Assembly: GCA_039621445.1 (NCBI GenBank)
Contig: CP154954.1
Location: 41,099,572-41,163,571 of the forward strand
DNA from: Euglena gracilis
Taxonomy: Eukaryota
DNA length: 64,000 nt
Direction of reading: 5' to 3'
The translations under genes were made by a program, and so were the position numbers. The stretch's first letter is position 1, and the number at the start of each line of letters is the position of its first letter. The notes under the pieces were generated by a model. That model saw only the letters and a program-made list of their open reading frames with translations, had not been told where the DNA came from and made no database searches. Below, in pieces: positions 37,151 through 49,607 of the stretch.

Positions 37151-40100
37151 TGGTAAGCAGAGGTTGATCCTTCAGCCTTCTGTTGGAATTTTTGGGTTGG
37201 AAATCCCTGCTCAGAATGTTTTCTTTGATGATCAGCCAATGGCCCAATCTCAGATGGCAAATCTGACGATTGGAGTTTCGGGGAACAGGGATTTGGGACC
37301 CGAAACCAGTTTGGCTGAACTCAGAACCCCCACAAATATGGGACAGATGTTGGAATTTCAGGGTGGGGATGGCCAGGTTGTCATTTCCAACCAACCGTGT
37401 TTTCAAGAGCCTTTTTCAGAGGTTTTGCCTTTGCAAAATATGGGGTACGGTTTTATGCTGCCTGAGTTGCAACCTCTCCCAGCCTTTTCATGGGTGCAAA
37501 ATTTAGGGAATCTGCCATCATTACCCGCTTTTGCATTGCCTTTGCCTCCAGCTCAACCAGTTTCTTCAACACCAGCCCAAGATCCGATGGCACTTTTGCA
37601 GTTTTCCCAACCATCCCAGGTAGATGGGCTGGCGAAGGAAACGGGAAGTGCCTCGGCAGGGCAGGGGGGTGATAACCCCAGCCCAGTTTTCTTTGAAAAG
37701 CAAGCACAGGGCCATGTGCTGGGCTTAAACAATAATAATAACTGGAACAGCAACGAACGGGTCAGAGCGGAAGTGGAGCAGGCAGAGGAAAACCCGAAGG
37801 ACCAGCCCAGCTCTACTTCTCGGCGACCCCGACCACCAGCTTCATCACCAGGTAGTGATGAAGTTCAGCAAAAACGGCTGCACCGTGAGGTTGATCACGG
37901 TCAGCCAGCTGCTGCAGCCCCCCAGCCTCCTCATATTTTCATCGAGGGGGGTGAGGAGGAGGTCCAACCCCAGCCTATGAAAGTTCTGAAGCCACCCCCA
38001 GGGGGGGTTCACAAAATCAGGGATTTGAAGACCCTGGTGGTAATTTTTACAAAGTAACAGAGACCTCCAGTGGACTGTGCAGCACCTGACGTTTCGGGTT
38101 TTGGCTTTGGAAAAAGCCAACGAAGAGTGGATTCTGCAGCAGCAGCAGCAACAACCCCCCGCAGTCGACATCCACCTGGTGGAGCACATGGCTGCACGAA
38201 TCGAAGAAACGGCCAGGGCTGACCGCCTCCATATGTTTGAACTTTTTGAGAAAAAAATGTGAGGCCTAGGTGCAAGTTTCTGTGAAAAAAAATAGACGCA
38301 CAGGCACTTGAACTTTTCGTCGGGCAGGAAAAAGTTTTGAGGAAAAACTGGCCCAGCAGTTTTATTCGAGCCGTGATCAGTTTTTCGCCCTGAGGCAGGA
38401 ATTTTTACGAATTTTGGACAGCCTGCCACAGGAAATTTTGAAACAAGTGCAAAATCAGCTGGCTGTCTTACCGATTAAGGATCTCGTGCTTGAAAATTTT
38501 CAGCGGTTTGCTGAGAATTTTAAAGCTGCCCAGCCAGCTCAGGGGGTGGAGGCAGAAACTCTCCAGGAGCTGGCCGTTGTCGCTGCCAGAATCATTGAAG
38601 TTCAGGCTGACCTGGTATCGCTGCGTAGTACGGTACAGGGCCAGGCTCAGCAGCTTCAGCAGTTCGCCGATTATGTTCGCCAGCTGGGTGAACAAAATTC
38701 AGCGATGAATACAGCCCTCCATGGTTTGGTGGGGGTATTCAGAAACTGCACCAGAATTTTTCAGATGAAGTAGGGAAACGACACTCAGAAATGCAAAAAA
38801 TTTTGACGGATTGTCAGCAGAATTTTCAGAGTGTTTATCAACAGATTTTTTCCCAGGAGAAAAAATTTGGTGGGCTGGTGGAGGAATTAAGGCAGGAACT
38901 TGCAAAAGTTGGGGGGAACACTTTCGAGTTACAGAAAGTGCTGCAGGATTTACAAAAAAAATGGACCCGTACACCCAACTGCAGAACCGAGAGGAGTTTT
39001 GCAAAAAATTTCTGACATGTGGTGGCTGCGGCAGGGCAGCCAGCAGCCCCTACACCCAGTGGAGCTGCCACAGCCTGGGCAGCAGCTGGCCCAGCAGCCC
39101 GTCGTCCAGCTAGCCCAGCGGCCTGGCCAGGCAGGCCCGCCGCAGCCTGCTCACGGGCTGCCAAGGGGGCTGGGCCTGCCGTCAGTTGGACAGCAGCAGC
39201 CCCTGGGGCAGCCTTCCAGCTCACTGGCCAGCACGGTGCCCAGTGCTGACCCAGGTTTTTTTCAGATCAGATTATTTCTCAAAATAAATCTGCAGGTTCA
39301 AACATTTCCCCTCCCTTAGTTATTGAGGGGGGATTTGTTTTGGAGAACACACAAGATACGGAAGTGGTTTCTTCCGTGTCATTGTGTGTCCCCCCACATG
39401 TTTCTGCAGCCCCTGCTTTCTCGATTAGGCCCATCGGGACAGGGGGGGCTGCAGCCAACCCAGGTAACGGGTTGGGTTTTCCTTTTATCGGTGACCCAGT
39501 AGCTTTTGAAATTTTGCAGGGAGGTACTAAGCCCTATTTTGATGAATCGGGCAGCATTTCCTGGCAAGGTTTTGAAGTAGATTGGAATCTTTACTGGGAC
39601 AGGTTGACATCAGGCAAACCGTATTCTGATTTGCAAAAGCTCCAGGTTTTTGAGGCATGTTTAGGACCCAGATTAAGGGAGGAAATCAGGCTCTATCGGT
39701 TGAATGGAGCTAAATTAAGTTACCCCACCATATTAGCCGAATTCCAGAACCGTTGTGCCTCAAGTAAGGGGCTGACGGCTCGAAAAATATGGCAGGAGGT
39801 AACTATGGTGAACGAAGGAAAAATTACCCGGGCTGACCTGCAAGAATTTTGGATTAAATTTTGCAGTGCCTGGCACCATGTTAAGGATGCCACAGCCGGG
39901 GAGGCTCGGAGATTATTTTTGGAAAGAATTCCTCCTTTTTTAAGCACGTTTTGCATAGAAGAGGAGGATAACCGATCCCGTCAACAACCCATTGTCAGGC
40001 TCACATGGATACCAAATCCCACGGTGGATGGGATTAAAAGGAGTGTGACCCAGATCACTGGGGGGATTGATCCACGGAAAGTGGTTATCAAAAACCCTGG

Positions 40101-40857
40101 TGCCATTTGCCTTATTTATTTCAGTTCTTCGGAGGAGGCACTGAAATTAACAGCCGCAAATGGAAGGAAATTGCAGGGAATGGAGAATTTCCTCAACGCC
40201 GAATTCGTGGAACAACTAATGACCGTTAAGGAAATGTTTGCTTTTGCCGAGGGCAGGTTGGCTCTTCGGGAGAAGCAGGATTTGGCTTTGAATCAGCACC
40301 ATTTTCCCAGATTATTCAGCAAAGCGACAACAAAAGGCTCAGGGAAAATACAGGTGTTGGAAAAAGGCCAGACCCCCCCCCCGGTGTCCCCAACATCCAT
40401 GCCAGCACCAGCAGCCGGGGGGCAGGGTCACACCTCAAAATCTGCCCCACAGCCAGCTGCGAATGGCGATAAGGGGGCAGCCCAGCCAGCCCCACGTGGC
40501 AGGTGGGCATCTTCAGCTTCACGGCCAGCAGCAGCTTCATGGCCGCGAACCCAAAGTCCAACTCCCCCAGCCCGGCAAGGCAAAGGGGGGCAGACCTGGA
40601 CCCCACAGGCATCGGGTCGGGGCAGGTCTCCATACCCATGCTTCAACTGTGGGGAGGGCGGACATTATTTTTATGAGTGCGAAAAACCGCTGAGTGAGGC
40701 CCTTGCTAAATCTAAGGAATTTTGGCAAAATAATAGAAAAGGCAAGGGGCAGCCCAAGGGTAAAGGGCAGCCACCCACTCAGCGAAATTCCTCGGGCAAG
40801 GGGGGTGCATGGTCAAAGGGGGGTGGGCCCACCTCTTCTCCCCCTGGGGCCCAATAG
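36677..40857 (+). pseudogene. gag: Long Gag/ORF1 of Gypsy element 2 (frameshifted; longest intact part 39340-40857)
   Basis: Chain of same-strand ORFs from an ATG inside the LTR (MEDQQN), Gln-rich coiled-coil-like segments, capsid-like helical region, CCHC CFNCGEGGHYFYEC. Confidence 0.7.
37151..37163 (+). promoter_or_regulatory. Primer-binding site (tRNA-iMet-like)
   Basis: TGGTAAGCAGAGG directly after the LTR terminal CA; resembles TGGTA(G/T)CAGAG iMet PBSs. Confidence 0.7.
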
Positions 40858-40915
40858 GGAGGCCAGGGGCAGTTTGAGAAGGGGGGGGCTGCCCATGGCC
40901 GTGTCTCTCCCCCCT
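40855..40915 (+). promoter_or_regulatory. Putative MuLV-like UAG readthrough pseudoknot
   Basis: TAG + 8-nt GGAGGCCA spacer + stem 1 GGGCAG/CTGCCC + stem 2 AGGGGGG/CCCCCCT. Confidence 0.6.
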
Positions 40916-41129
40916 GTGAGGAAAATTGTGTAAATATTTCTGATTCAAAAGACTGGGCTGTACAGGATTTTATGGCTGATTCAGGGGTGGGGAAAAACAT
41001 TCTATGGATCAGCCCGCCAGATTTTTGATTCGGATCCGATACTCCTGGAGGGAAGGGAAATGTTCAAGGGTTCCCATTTTGCATACAAACCTGCCACAAC
41101 CCAACCCCCTACCATCAGCCCAGCGACCT

Positions 41130-41730
41130 CAGGCATTAGATTTATTCGCTGGCACAGGGTCGGTGGGGAGGCGGTTGGCAGAACGGGGGTATGAAGTTTT
41201 GTCAATTGAAAATGCTCCTTGGACGGACTTCCACCCCACACAGACATTTTGACCTGGGACTACAGGCGATACCCGGTTGGATTTTTTGAGGTTATTGCCG
41301 CAAGTCCCCCCTGTAATATTTATTCCACGGCTTATAACTCCAGGCCAAGGGATTTCTCCCAGGCGGATGCCCTGGTGGAGAAAGCCCTGGAAATTATAAA
41401 TTATTTTCAGCCAAAGTTGTGGTGGTTGGAGAACCCCCGCACTGGTCCTTGCGAAATAGGGAGGTGGTGAAAAACTTGCCCTATATCGAAATTGATTATT
41501 GTCAGTTTTCAGATTGGGGTTATAAAAAACCCACACGTTTCTGGTGCTGCCCAGCCATTTCACAACTACGGTCGGTGTTGTGTGATGGCGAATCGTGTCC
41601 TAACCTGGTGATGGGGGACAATGGGCAGTTCCGGCACCGTGAATTGTTGCGGGGCAGAAAAATGAAGTTCACCCCCGACAAAAAGGAAGAATACCCGCCC
41701 TGGTGATTGATTATCTCCTAAGTGCTGGGG
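41130..41730 (+). pseudogene. C5-cytosine DNA methyltransferase domain at the N-terminus of Pol (about 3 frameshifts)
   Basis: Motif I ALDLFAGTGS, DI, motif IV ASPPC, motif VI WLENP, then DYCQF..YKKPTRFW and a C-terminal GRIPALVIDYLL that is in frame with the protease ORF. Confidence 0.88.
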
Positions 41731-44700
41731 ATTTTCAGGGGGACCAGCCCATAGAAATTTCCCAAAATTCCCAGGATTTTGAGGAATGGGAAATTGCAGA
41801 CCGTTTTTGTCATTTGGCCAACACCTTGAAGGTTAATCAGGTGTTGCCCATTGAAAACGAGCTGCAACTTTTGATGCTATCACAGACGTATCTCCCTAAC
41901 GGAGATGCCAGGCACCTCAGAGTTTTGGTTGACACGGGAGCCCAGGTGAACCTGGTGAAAAGGTCCATCGTCCCAAAACATTTGGCCAGGTCACCGCGAA
42001 TGCCAATTCGGCTGGTGGCTGCCAACGGCCAATGTGTTTTGGGGGGCGACCAGTGTATTAAGTTGGAGTTGGGTTTTCAACGCAGGGGTACGGGGCAGGG
42101 GGGCACACAGGCCTTGTACCTCGAAGGGGAATTCTACCTCGCGGAAATTGAGGTAGATGCTATATTATCATTTCCATGGTTAGCCGAACATGGTATGGGT
42201 GTGTTCCCACACCATAAGGCTTTGGTTTTTGACAATCCTAATCTGACTTTCTTGTACGGGTGGGATACAAGAAATCAGAAACGGAAATCCCATAAGGGGA
42301 AGAAAAAACACAATTCACAAAAAAGAATTGGGGTTGTGGTTTCTGACTTCGGAGAATCCCCTGAAAACGCACCAACCACGGAGTCCCCTGAAAATGAAAA
42401 AGTGTGGTTGGACCTGCAAAAAATGAATTTGCACCTACCCTTGCAAGGCTTTGATATGCAACCAAAATTCCTTGGTAAGAAGGAATTGCATACCATAGCT
42501 AAGCATCTCACCGAATCGCCAGCCGAGGACAAGGCGGTGAACGTCATAATCCAGGCTCGCGACTCGGGTGAGGAGGAGGACCCCAGGGTGGTGGCATTTC
42601 GGGATAAAATTTTTCAGGATTTTGAAGGGGAGGTCTTGGGTACGGAGGTACCCCCTGACCCTCCCGTTCGGGGACCTTATGGTTACGCCCAGATTCCTCT
42701 GAAGGAGGCGGCTGTACCCACAAGGCAAAAACCCTTTGTTTTACATGGTGAAAGATTTGAAGCTCACAAAAAGGTCACACAGGAATGGTGGGACCGGAAA
42801 TATGTTGAGCGTTTGCCCAAGGGAACAGTTTCGGAATGGCTGTCCGTAACATTTGTAGTGCCGAAAAAACGAGGCGAATGGATGGGGGTGGTAGGCATGC
42901 GGGGGCCTAACAGTCAAACTAGGCGTGTATCCTACCCCCTTCCCGTAATTGAAGACCTCCTTGTAAAACAAGGTGGAAACATGATGTTTTCCATCTTGGA
43001 TTTACAGAAGGCTTTCCACCAACAGCCGTTGGACCCGGAAAGCCGGCCCATCACATGGTGCAGTACCCCCCTCGGTCTTTTTTAGTGGAGGGTTAATGTG
43101 ATGGGCCTAATAAATGCAAGCCAGCAGTTTCAGCAAATGATGGAGGATCGCCTCTTCCTGGTGGGGGACGTGGCTGATCCTTAACATCGACGATATTTTG
43201 ATCGGAACTCGAGTGGGTCCTGGTGAGGATTTACTCGCAGCACACGACAAGGATTTGCGAAGAGTTCTTGAAGTTTTACGAAAAGACAGATTTGTAGCCG
43301 ACAAAAGAAAATGCCGTCTTTTCGTGAAAGAAGTTGAGTTTTGTGGCCATGTTCTGGGTGGTGGGATGAGAAAAACATCCCCTGGAAAGCTAATGGCAAT
43401 TGAAAAATGGGAGCTACCCCAAACAATCACGGGTCTACGTGCTTTTCTGGGGTTCACAAATTATTACAGCTCCTATGTGAAGGATTACGCCCACATTGTC
43501 GCTTGCCTTCAGGATAAGCTCAAAGTTTCTCGGGTGGACGGCAAGAAGGGTTCAAAGAAAAGAATTTCTTGGGAACCATCCGACATTGATGCATTTGAAA
43601 AAATTAAATCACTGTTGTGCTGTGAATTAATTTTATAACACGTTAAGCCAGACAAACCATTTGTTTTAAGAGTGGATGCCAGCCAGTATGCGGTTGGTGC
43701 CACCCTTGAACAATTTGTTGGGGAGGAAAGCGCTCCTACTCCTGAAGACGTACGGGCCAAGCGTACTGTGCCTGTCGCCTTCATGAGTAGGAAGCTAACG
43801 GGCAGCCAAAGAAACTGGGTACCTAGGGAACAGGAGACTTACGCCATAATCCTAGCCTTACAAAAGTGGGAATCATGGATTGGGCTGCAGCCCGTCCTGG
43901 TTCTCACGGACCACAAGGCTCTAGAATCTTGGGCTAGAGAGGTTCTAGACACACCAAGTGGTCCCATTGGGAGAAGGGCTAGGTGGCATCAGATTTTATC
44001 AAAATTTGACCTGTCGGTTGGGTATATCCCGGGGCGGGAGAATACCATAGCCGATTTATTGTCAAGATGGGCTTACCCGGCCTCCCAAGCCTTGAAGGAC
44101 ATTTCAAGGCGTGGGTCAGCCCTTGACACCGGGGAAATGAGGGAAATCATTCAAACAGAAAAAATGGAGTAAGCCGAATGTATGTGGCTACGGTTGGTGG
44201 ACCAACCAACCACAGCCAACACATACATTCGCGGAGTCACCACACGGGGTGGTGCTACCACGGTGTCCGGGGACGCGGGTGAACGGTGCACACGACCGGG
44301 GGATAGGAAGTCAGAACCACTTGGATGAACAAAAACCCAGGGTTTGGGTTCAACCTCCACCCCAAGCGAGAAAAAGGAAAACATGTTTCATTCTCAACTC
44401 GGGTTGACGAGTTTGGGAATGAGACAAGTCTTGTGGAGGAGGTCCAAGAGCCAAGGGGGGAGCATTTTCCATTGACACCCACTTCTCTGCCAGCTTCACC
44501 AACGACGCCAACCCCTGAACCTGCTGCTGCGGCTACCACTGAGGTACCTGGGGCAGACCGAGAATCACCTGCGTTGTCTTCAGGTGGTTTGAGTGGTGAG
44601 GGTGGGGGAAGCCACTTCTACAACCGATTCCTCACCCATCCCCCCTGGTTCTGTGTGGGATTTATCGTGGAAGGAGGAATATTTAAAATGTCCCCGCTGG

Positions 44701-46124
44701 TCACCAATTTTTCAGGCTACTCAGGATTCGAAGGTGCCGTGGCCTGAAAATATCACGGTTTTTGGTGACAAAATGTTTTTTGAGGAGAGGCTTTGTGTGC
44801 CCAAATCTCTCCAAGAAAAACTCATTCGGGATCACCACTCATACCAAGGGCATGTGGGATTCCCAAGGCTATGGGAATGCATGTCCCTTAGGTATGATTG
44901 GGCTGATTCCTCACTCGCTCGAGAATTCGCTAAAGGAGTCATGGGCCTTTGTGGGACTTGCCAAGCGTGCCGAAGGCCGGCGAGTCTTAAGGGTTTAGTG
45001 GAATCTACACCCATACCCCCAGCCGTAATGTATTCGGTGACCCTTGACATGTTTAGCATGCCTCTCGTGGAGTGGGAAGGGAATTCTTATGGCTCCATGC
45101 TTGTGTGTGTGGATCGTCACTCCGGTTGGATAGTGGCGATCCCCCACCTAGCAAAAGGATTTACAGGAGCCAAGGCAGCCAAGCAAATGCTGTCGCTTGC
45201 TTGGCGAACTTTTGGCGTCCCTTCCATTATTACTTCCGATCTAGGCTCACACTTTGTCGCCGGTTGGTGGCAGACAATGTGTGCCTTGATGGGAATTAGG
45301 CAAGCCTACTCCCGGGCCTACCATCACCAGGCGAATGGTAGGGCGGAGAGGGCTGGCCAACAAATAATGGAACGGCTCAAAAAAATTCAGGTTGAGGACA
45401 AGTTGAATTGGGTTGAAGCCCTCCCCCAAGCACTAGATCGTATCCATGATACGCCGGGGGAGAGTGGCCTAAGCCCATTTCAAAGCTTGTTCGATCGACA
45501 CCGTTCTTTGGGTGGTTTACCTTATGAACCGTTAAGGGATTGTGAAGATGCCAGGGCACTTTTCTCTCGGCAAAGAGAAATTGATTTGGTAGTAGCTGGC
45601 AAAATGAATAATTTGCATGCCAAGCAATGTGCTCGGGCCAACCGTGGTTTGGACGGTTGGGAGCCATTGGAGGTAGGGAATCTGGTGTGGTACGTGAGAC
45701 CCCCCGATAGTGGCACGAAATTGGATTCCCGTTGGTTGGGCCCTTGCAAGGTTACCGCAAGGGAGGGAATTCACTCCTACCTAATTGAGGTTAAACCGGG
45801 CTATATTATGAATGCCCATCGGAAGGTTTGAAGCTGTATGTGGAGGATCCCATATCTGATAAGCCTATCCCCCTATTTTTCCACCGGCGTACGGTACCTG
45901 AGGCGGAAGGTGCCCCAGATATCTGGTTAGTGGATAAAATCCTAAACCACAAGTTCGTTAAGGGAAAAATGTTTTTCTTAACGAAGTGGCAAGGGTTTAA
46001 GGAGGCGAATTGGGAACCGGTGGAACATTTTTTCCAGGAGTACAATAACGACGTAATAGCGTATTGCCTGGGAAAAGGGTTGCCGTTAGACGTCTCTAAG
46101 GATTTAAAGGCAAGGGCAACCTGA
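41703..46124 (+). pseudogene. pol: Pol of Gypsy element 2 (PR, RT, RNase H, integrase, chromodomain), disrupted
   Basis: LVDTGA; ILDLQKAFHQ; broken (Y)IDD at ~43182; DASQYAVG, TDHKAL, ADLLSR; HHSYQGH..CGTC, LDMF, SDLG, GRAE; chromodomain LVDKILNH..TKWQGF..WEP. Confidence 0.92.
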
Positions 46125-46160
46125 AAAAAGGGGGGAAGGAGAGGTGAAAAAGGGCCTGGA

Positions 46161-47374
46161 GTGGTTGCCTGGGGGGGGGTCCCATTCTATGCCCCTTCAC
46201 AGATGCAGGTGGACGTGCCAACGGAAAACCCCACGGAGGAGGAGACGGCCCCCTCGGAGGAGGAGGAGGTCACCGCAGAACTGGAAAAGGCACTTCAGAA
46301 AAATGATGGGGGCAGTGCTTCTTCGTCATTTTTTGAGTTTTTATTTCTAGAACTCATCCATCAACCCTGTCCGGGTTTGGATGGGGTTCAAGTAACCGAA
46401 GGATTTTCGGATGCTTGGGACGCTATTTTTCGATATGCACCTGAACCCCCGAGAACGGAAGTTCAGGTGGTTATTGAAAGTTTATATCCGGACATCCGAA
46501 CGGCTAGGGAGAAACTAGCCGGGGATCCGTATTTTATTGTTTTGATGGGTGGAGAAGGACAATTACAATTTCATCCAACCCCGGATGGGGGCGGGATGAA
46601 TTTGCCAACATTAAAAGGCAAAGCCCGCATCGTCCAGCGAATTGTCGATGTGGATGGTTTTGCTTATGTGGCCATAAATGGATGGGTGCCGGTTTGGTTC
46701 CCATCCCGTGTACGCGATTGGATTGAAGTGATGGGGGAAAGTTCTCGGTGGCAAAACCACTGGAGGTGGGTCCGAGGATTTTACCTCGAGCAAGCACAAA
46801 GGTCCCATGTGCTTGTTCATTTCCCAAATACAGACATCGTGTGGGTCCACGTTGCATGATGGAAGGAACTCCGAGGCGAACGTTACCTCTTCCTGTGGTC
46901 GGAGGAGGCCGATTTCCTCAACGAGTACATCTGTTAATCTCACTCCTGGTTTGGAATGAGAGAAGGATAGGGAAGGGCCACGGTCTGCTCATCGGTACAG
47001 CCGAGCAGAACCCTTTTGTAAATAAAGGACGGTTGGGGGAGGATTTCCCCCTTGCCACCTGCTGGTTTTGTGGCGAGCTGGGCCATCGTAAGATGGATTG
47101 CCCCATACGCCCAGTCAAGGGCAAGGCCAATCGGGGAATCCAGGTGGAAACGGGGAAGGAAATTGTGCGGCAGTACCACCACACACACCCACCTCCCAAG
47201 CGAAGAGCGGAAGATGCACCGACATCAGCAAAGAAGCCCAAAAGCAACCTCGAACCCAAGCCCCCAGCTCAGCCCGCCTCCAAGTCCACAGCCCCTCCGG
47301 CCCTCCGCCGTCCCTGGGCTCCCAAGCCCATACCTTACAAGGGGATCGGCAAGGGCACGGAGGAGTGGCAGTGA
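46161..47374 (+). CDS. Extra ORF(s) downstream of integrase in Gypsy element 2, with a CCHC knuckle
   Basis: ORFs 46161-46859 and 46748-47374; CWFCGELGHRKMDC. Confidence 0.5.
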
Positions 47375-47929
47375 AAACAAAACCCCCCAAGCTGCAATCA
47401 TTGCTGCCACACACATCAACCACCGTACCCCCCCCCCAACCGTACCCATACCCCCCACCGCAGCAGTACACCTGGTGGTATTAATATCTTTGCATGGCAT
47501 TGGATATATGGGGAATGGGATGTATATACAACTGCCTGCCTCCTGCCTCCTCGTACTTACTCTGGACGGAACCTAGAGCCGGGACTCTGAGTTGGACGAG
47601 TTGAAGACGGATTCTCAATTATTATTCGAAGTCTGGAATATCAAGCTTCCACGAGCGGTGGACAGGCCGAAGGTGTAACCTGACCACACTCGAACGACAA
47701 TGTGCCCCGTTGCGCCCACAGTCATGAAAGAGGAATATGTGATTTTTCATTTCTCCCCTCTCACGGGTCGGTGACACTCGTGGTGGGGGGTTCCTTTCTC
47801 CAATCGGTTTGATTGGCTATTTTTATCGTACCCCCACCTTTGGGCAAGTGAGGCCCGAAACCACGGTCGGCTTGATCGGGGGGGGCTATGTTATTATTTC
47901 TCAAAAAATGAAGTGATTTACCTTTTCCA

Positions 47930-48152
47930 ACCTCCCGGGGGGGGCAAGGCAAGCCCTCCCATTGCCCGGGGGGGGCGGTTTGACCAAAGCTTTCCCCTCT
48001 GGGGGGGGGGGGGGCAAGCCCATCTCTCGCCCGGGGGGGGGGGCGGTTTGACCAAAGCTTTCCCCTCGGGGGGGGGGGGGGGGCAAGTCAAGTCCACCTC
48101 TCGCCGGGGGGGGGGGGCAAGTCAAGCCCACCTCTCGCCGGAGGGGGGGGGC
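47930..48152. repeat. G/C-run tandem repeats in the 3' noncoding region of Gypsy element 2
   Basis: Units such as (G)nCGGTTTGACCAAAGCTTTCCCCTC and (G)nCAAG recur. Confidence 0.7.
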
Positions 48153-48501
48153 TGATTTTCATCTATCACCGAAAGGATTTTTGGTGATAATGGACCCTCC
48201 ATTCCCTTCACGGTTGGGAATACCGTGGGGGGGGGGCTGATTTTTATCCATTCAAGAAAGGATTTTTTGAGTGGTGTTGGGCCCCCATTTCCTTTCACGG
48301 TGGTGAGAACCGTGAAGGGGGGGGCTCGGTGTGGTGGAACGGGATCTTTGGGTTATAGATTCCTCCTCACCGTTACGCCACCACATATGCACGTTGCCGA
48401 ACAATGTTGTCGCAATTGAGTTGCAAAAATTCAAAGTGTATTTCATTCCCATCCCAAGGAAAGCGAGAAGGAGCGGGAGTGAAACCCCCGACTTTCGTCG
48501 C

Positions 48502-48512
48502 AAGGAGGGGAG
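48502..48512 (+). promoter_or_regulatory. Polypurine tract
   Basis: AAGGAGGGGAG immediately before the TG of the 3' LTR. Confidence 0.8.
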
Positions 48513-49607
48513 TGACGACCTTTTGAGGTCGACCGCCGGGCGGCGAAGTTTTTCCCTTTTAGAAGGCCTTTTGACGGGCGGTTTAGCTCTAATTTTAAGG
48601 CTTTCTAAAGATTTCCATTAAAATTACCTCTCCTAGGGCGCCCATGGTTTGGTTGTGCAAGGAGAGAGATTGAGTGATGCTAGGTATTCCCAAATGGTCA
48701 TTTTGGGTTTATTTAGGACATTTTAAGTGTTTTTTTTTGCATTTTCCCTTTGGTTTTAAGGGAAAATTTTGGATTTAGTGAGAGCGCTTGCAAGCGCTTG
48801 GAACAGAATTTTAAGAGATTGGCGCCTGAGTTCCTGGAGTTCTTGCAGGGGTTTGCAAAGCTCAATAATGATGGAATTCAGCATAATTTATCAAAATCAA
48901 GGGGGGAAACCTTGATTTTGACTTGGGTTGGTTGATTTTGATGCAATGGGCTGGGATTTGGGATTTGAGAGCGCTTAGTAATCAGCGCACTCAATCCTAA
49001 ATTTTACTGCCCATCAGGGGCATCAAAATCATTTCCTTTTCACAGGGTTTTCCTCTTTACCTTTTACACCATTGTACTTGTTGTGGCAAATACATCCAAT
49101 TACAATCAAGTATTGAGTTTGGAATTTCAATTGCAAATGGAAGATCAACAAAACAATCAATCATTTGAAGAAGGAGAGGTTTGTCTTCCCCCCACCTCAT
49201 CTGTGGGAAAGGGGGCAGGGGGGTGGGACTCTTCAACTCAGGCAACCACTGGCCAAATTTCACCCCAAAACCCCCTTTTTGGCCCAGAAACTGTGAGAAA
49301 TGACACCCAGGGGGGGTGTTGGCTCTCACTGGTCAACTGAGCAGGGAGGGGTTGAAACCCCAAAGGCACCCCCCTTGGAGATCCCAGTAACACCCCCCTC
49401 AGGGGTCGGGGAGGGTCCACTGGGAAGTTCATCCTTGGAAATGATGGCCCAGTTTCGGTCACAGGGAGGGCCAGAATGGGAAAAAATTTCCGACACAAGT
49501 CGGCTCGAGGAGCCAAAAAACGATCCTACGCCGGAAACTGGCCCGGGGCGGGGGTTTCCGCTTCACCCCAGTGCTGCCGGGGGACATGGCAGCACGGGTG
49601 TGAAACG
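48513..49607 (+). repeat. 3' LTR of Gypsy element 2
   Basis: Direct repeat of 36054-37150; the terminal CA is altered. Confidence 0.93.

Larger units (their letters stand above)
36054..49607 (+). mobile_element. Full-length Ty3/Gypsy chromodomain LTR retrotransposon 2 carrying a C5-cytosine methyltransferase
   Basis: Two ~1.1 kb LTRs, PBS, PPT, imperfect TSD (GAAAA/GTAAA); order gag-DNMT-PR-RT-RH-IN-CHD plus extra ORFs. Confidence 0.93.

Noticed and set aside
41130-41730. Bacterial restriction-modification gene or contamination
   Set aside because: Lies between paired LTRs, is continuous with Gypsy pol, and has no nuclease partner.
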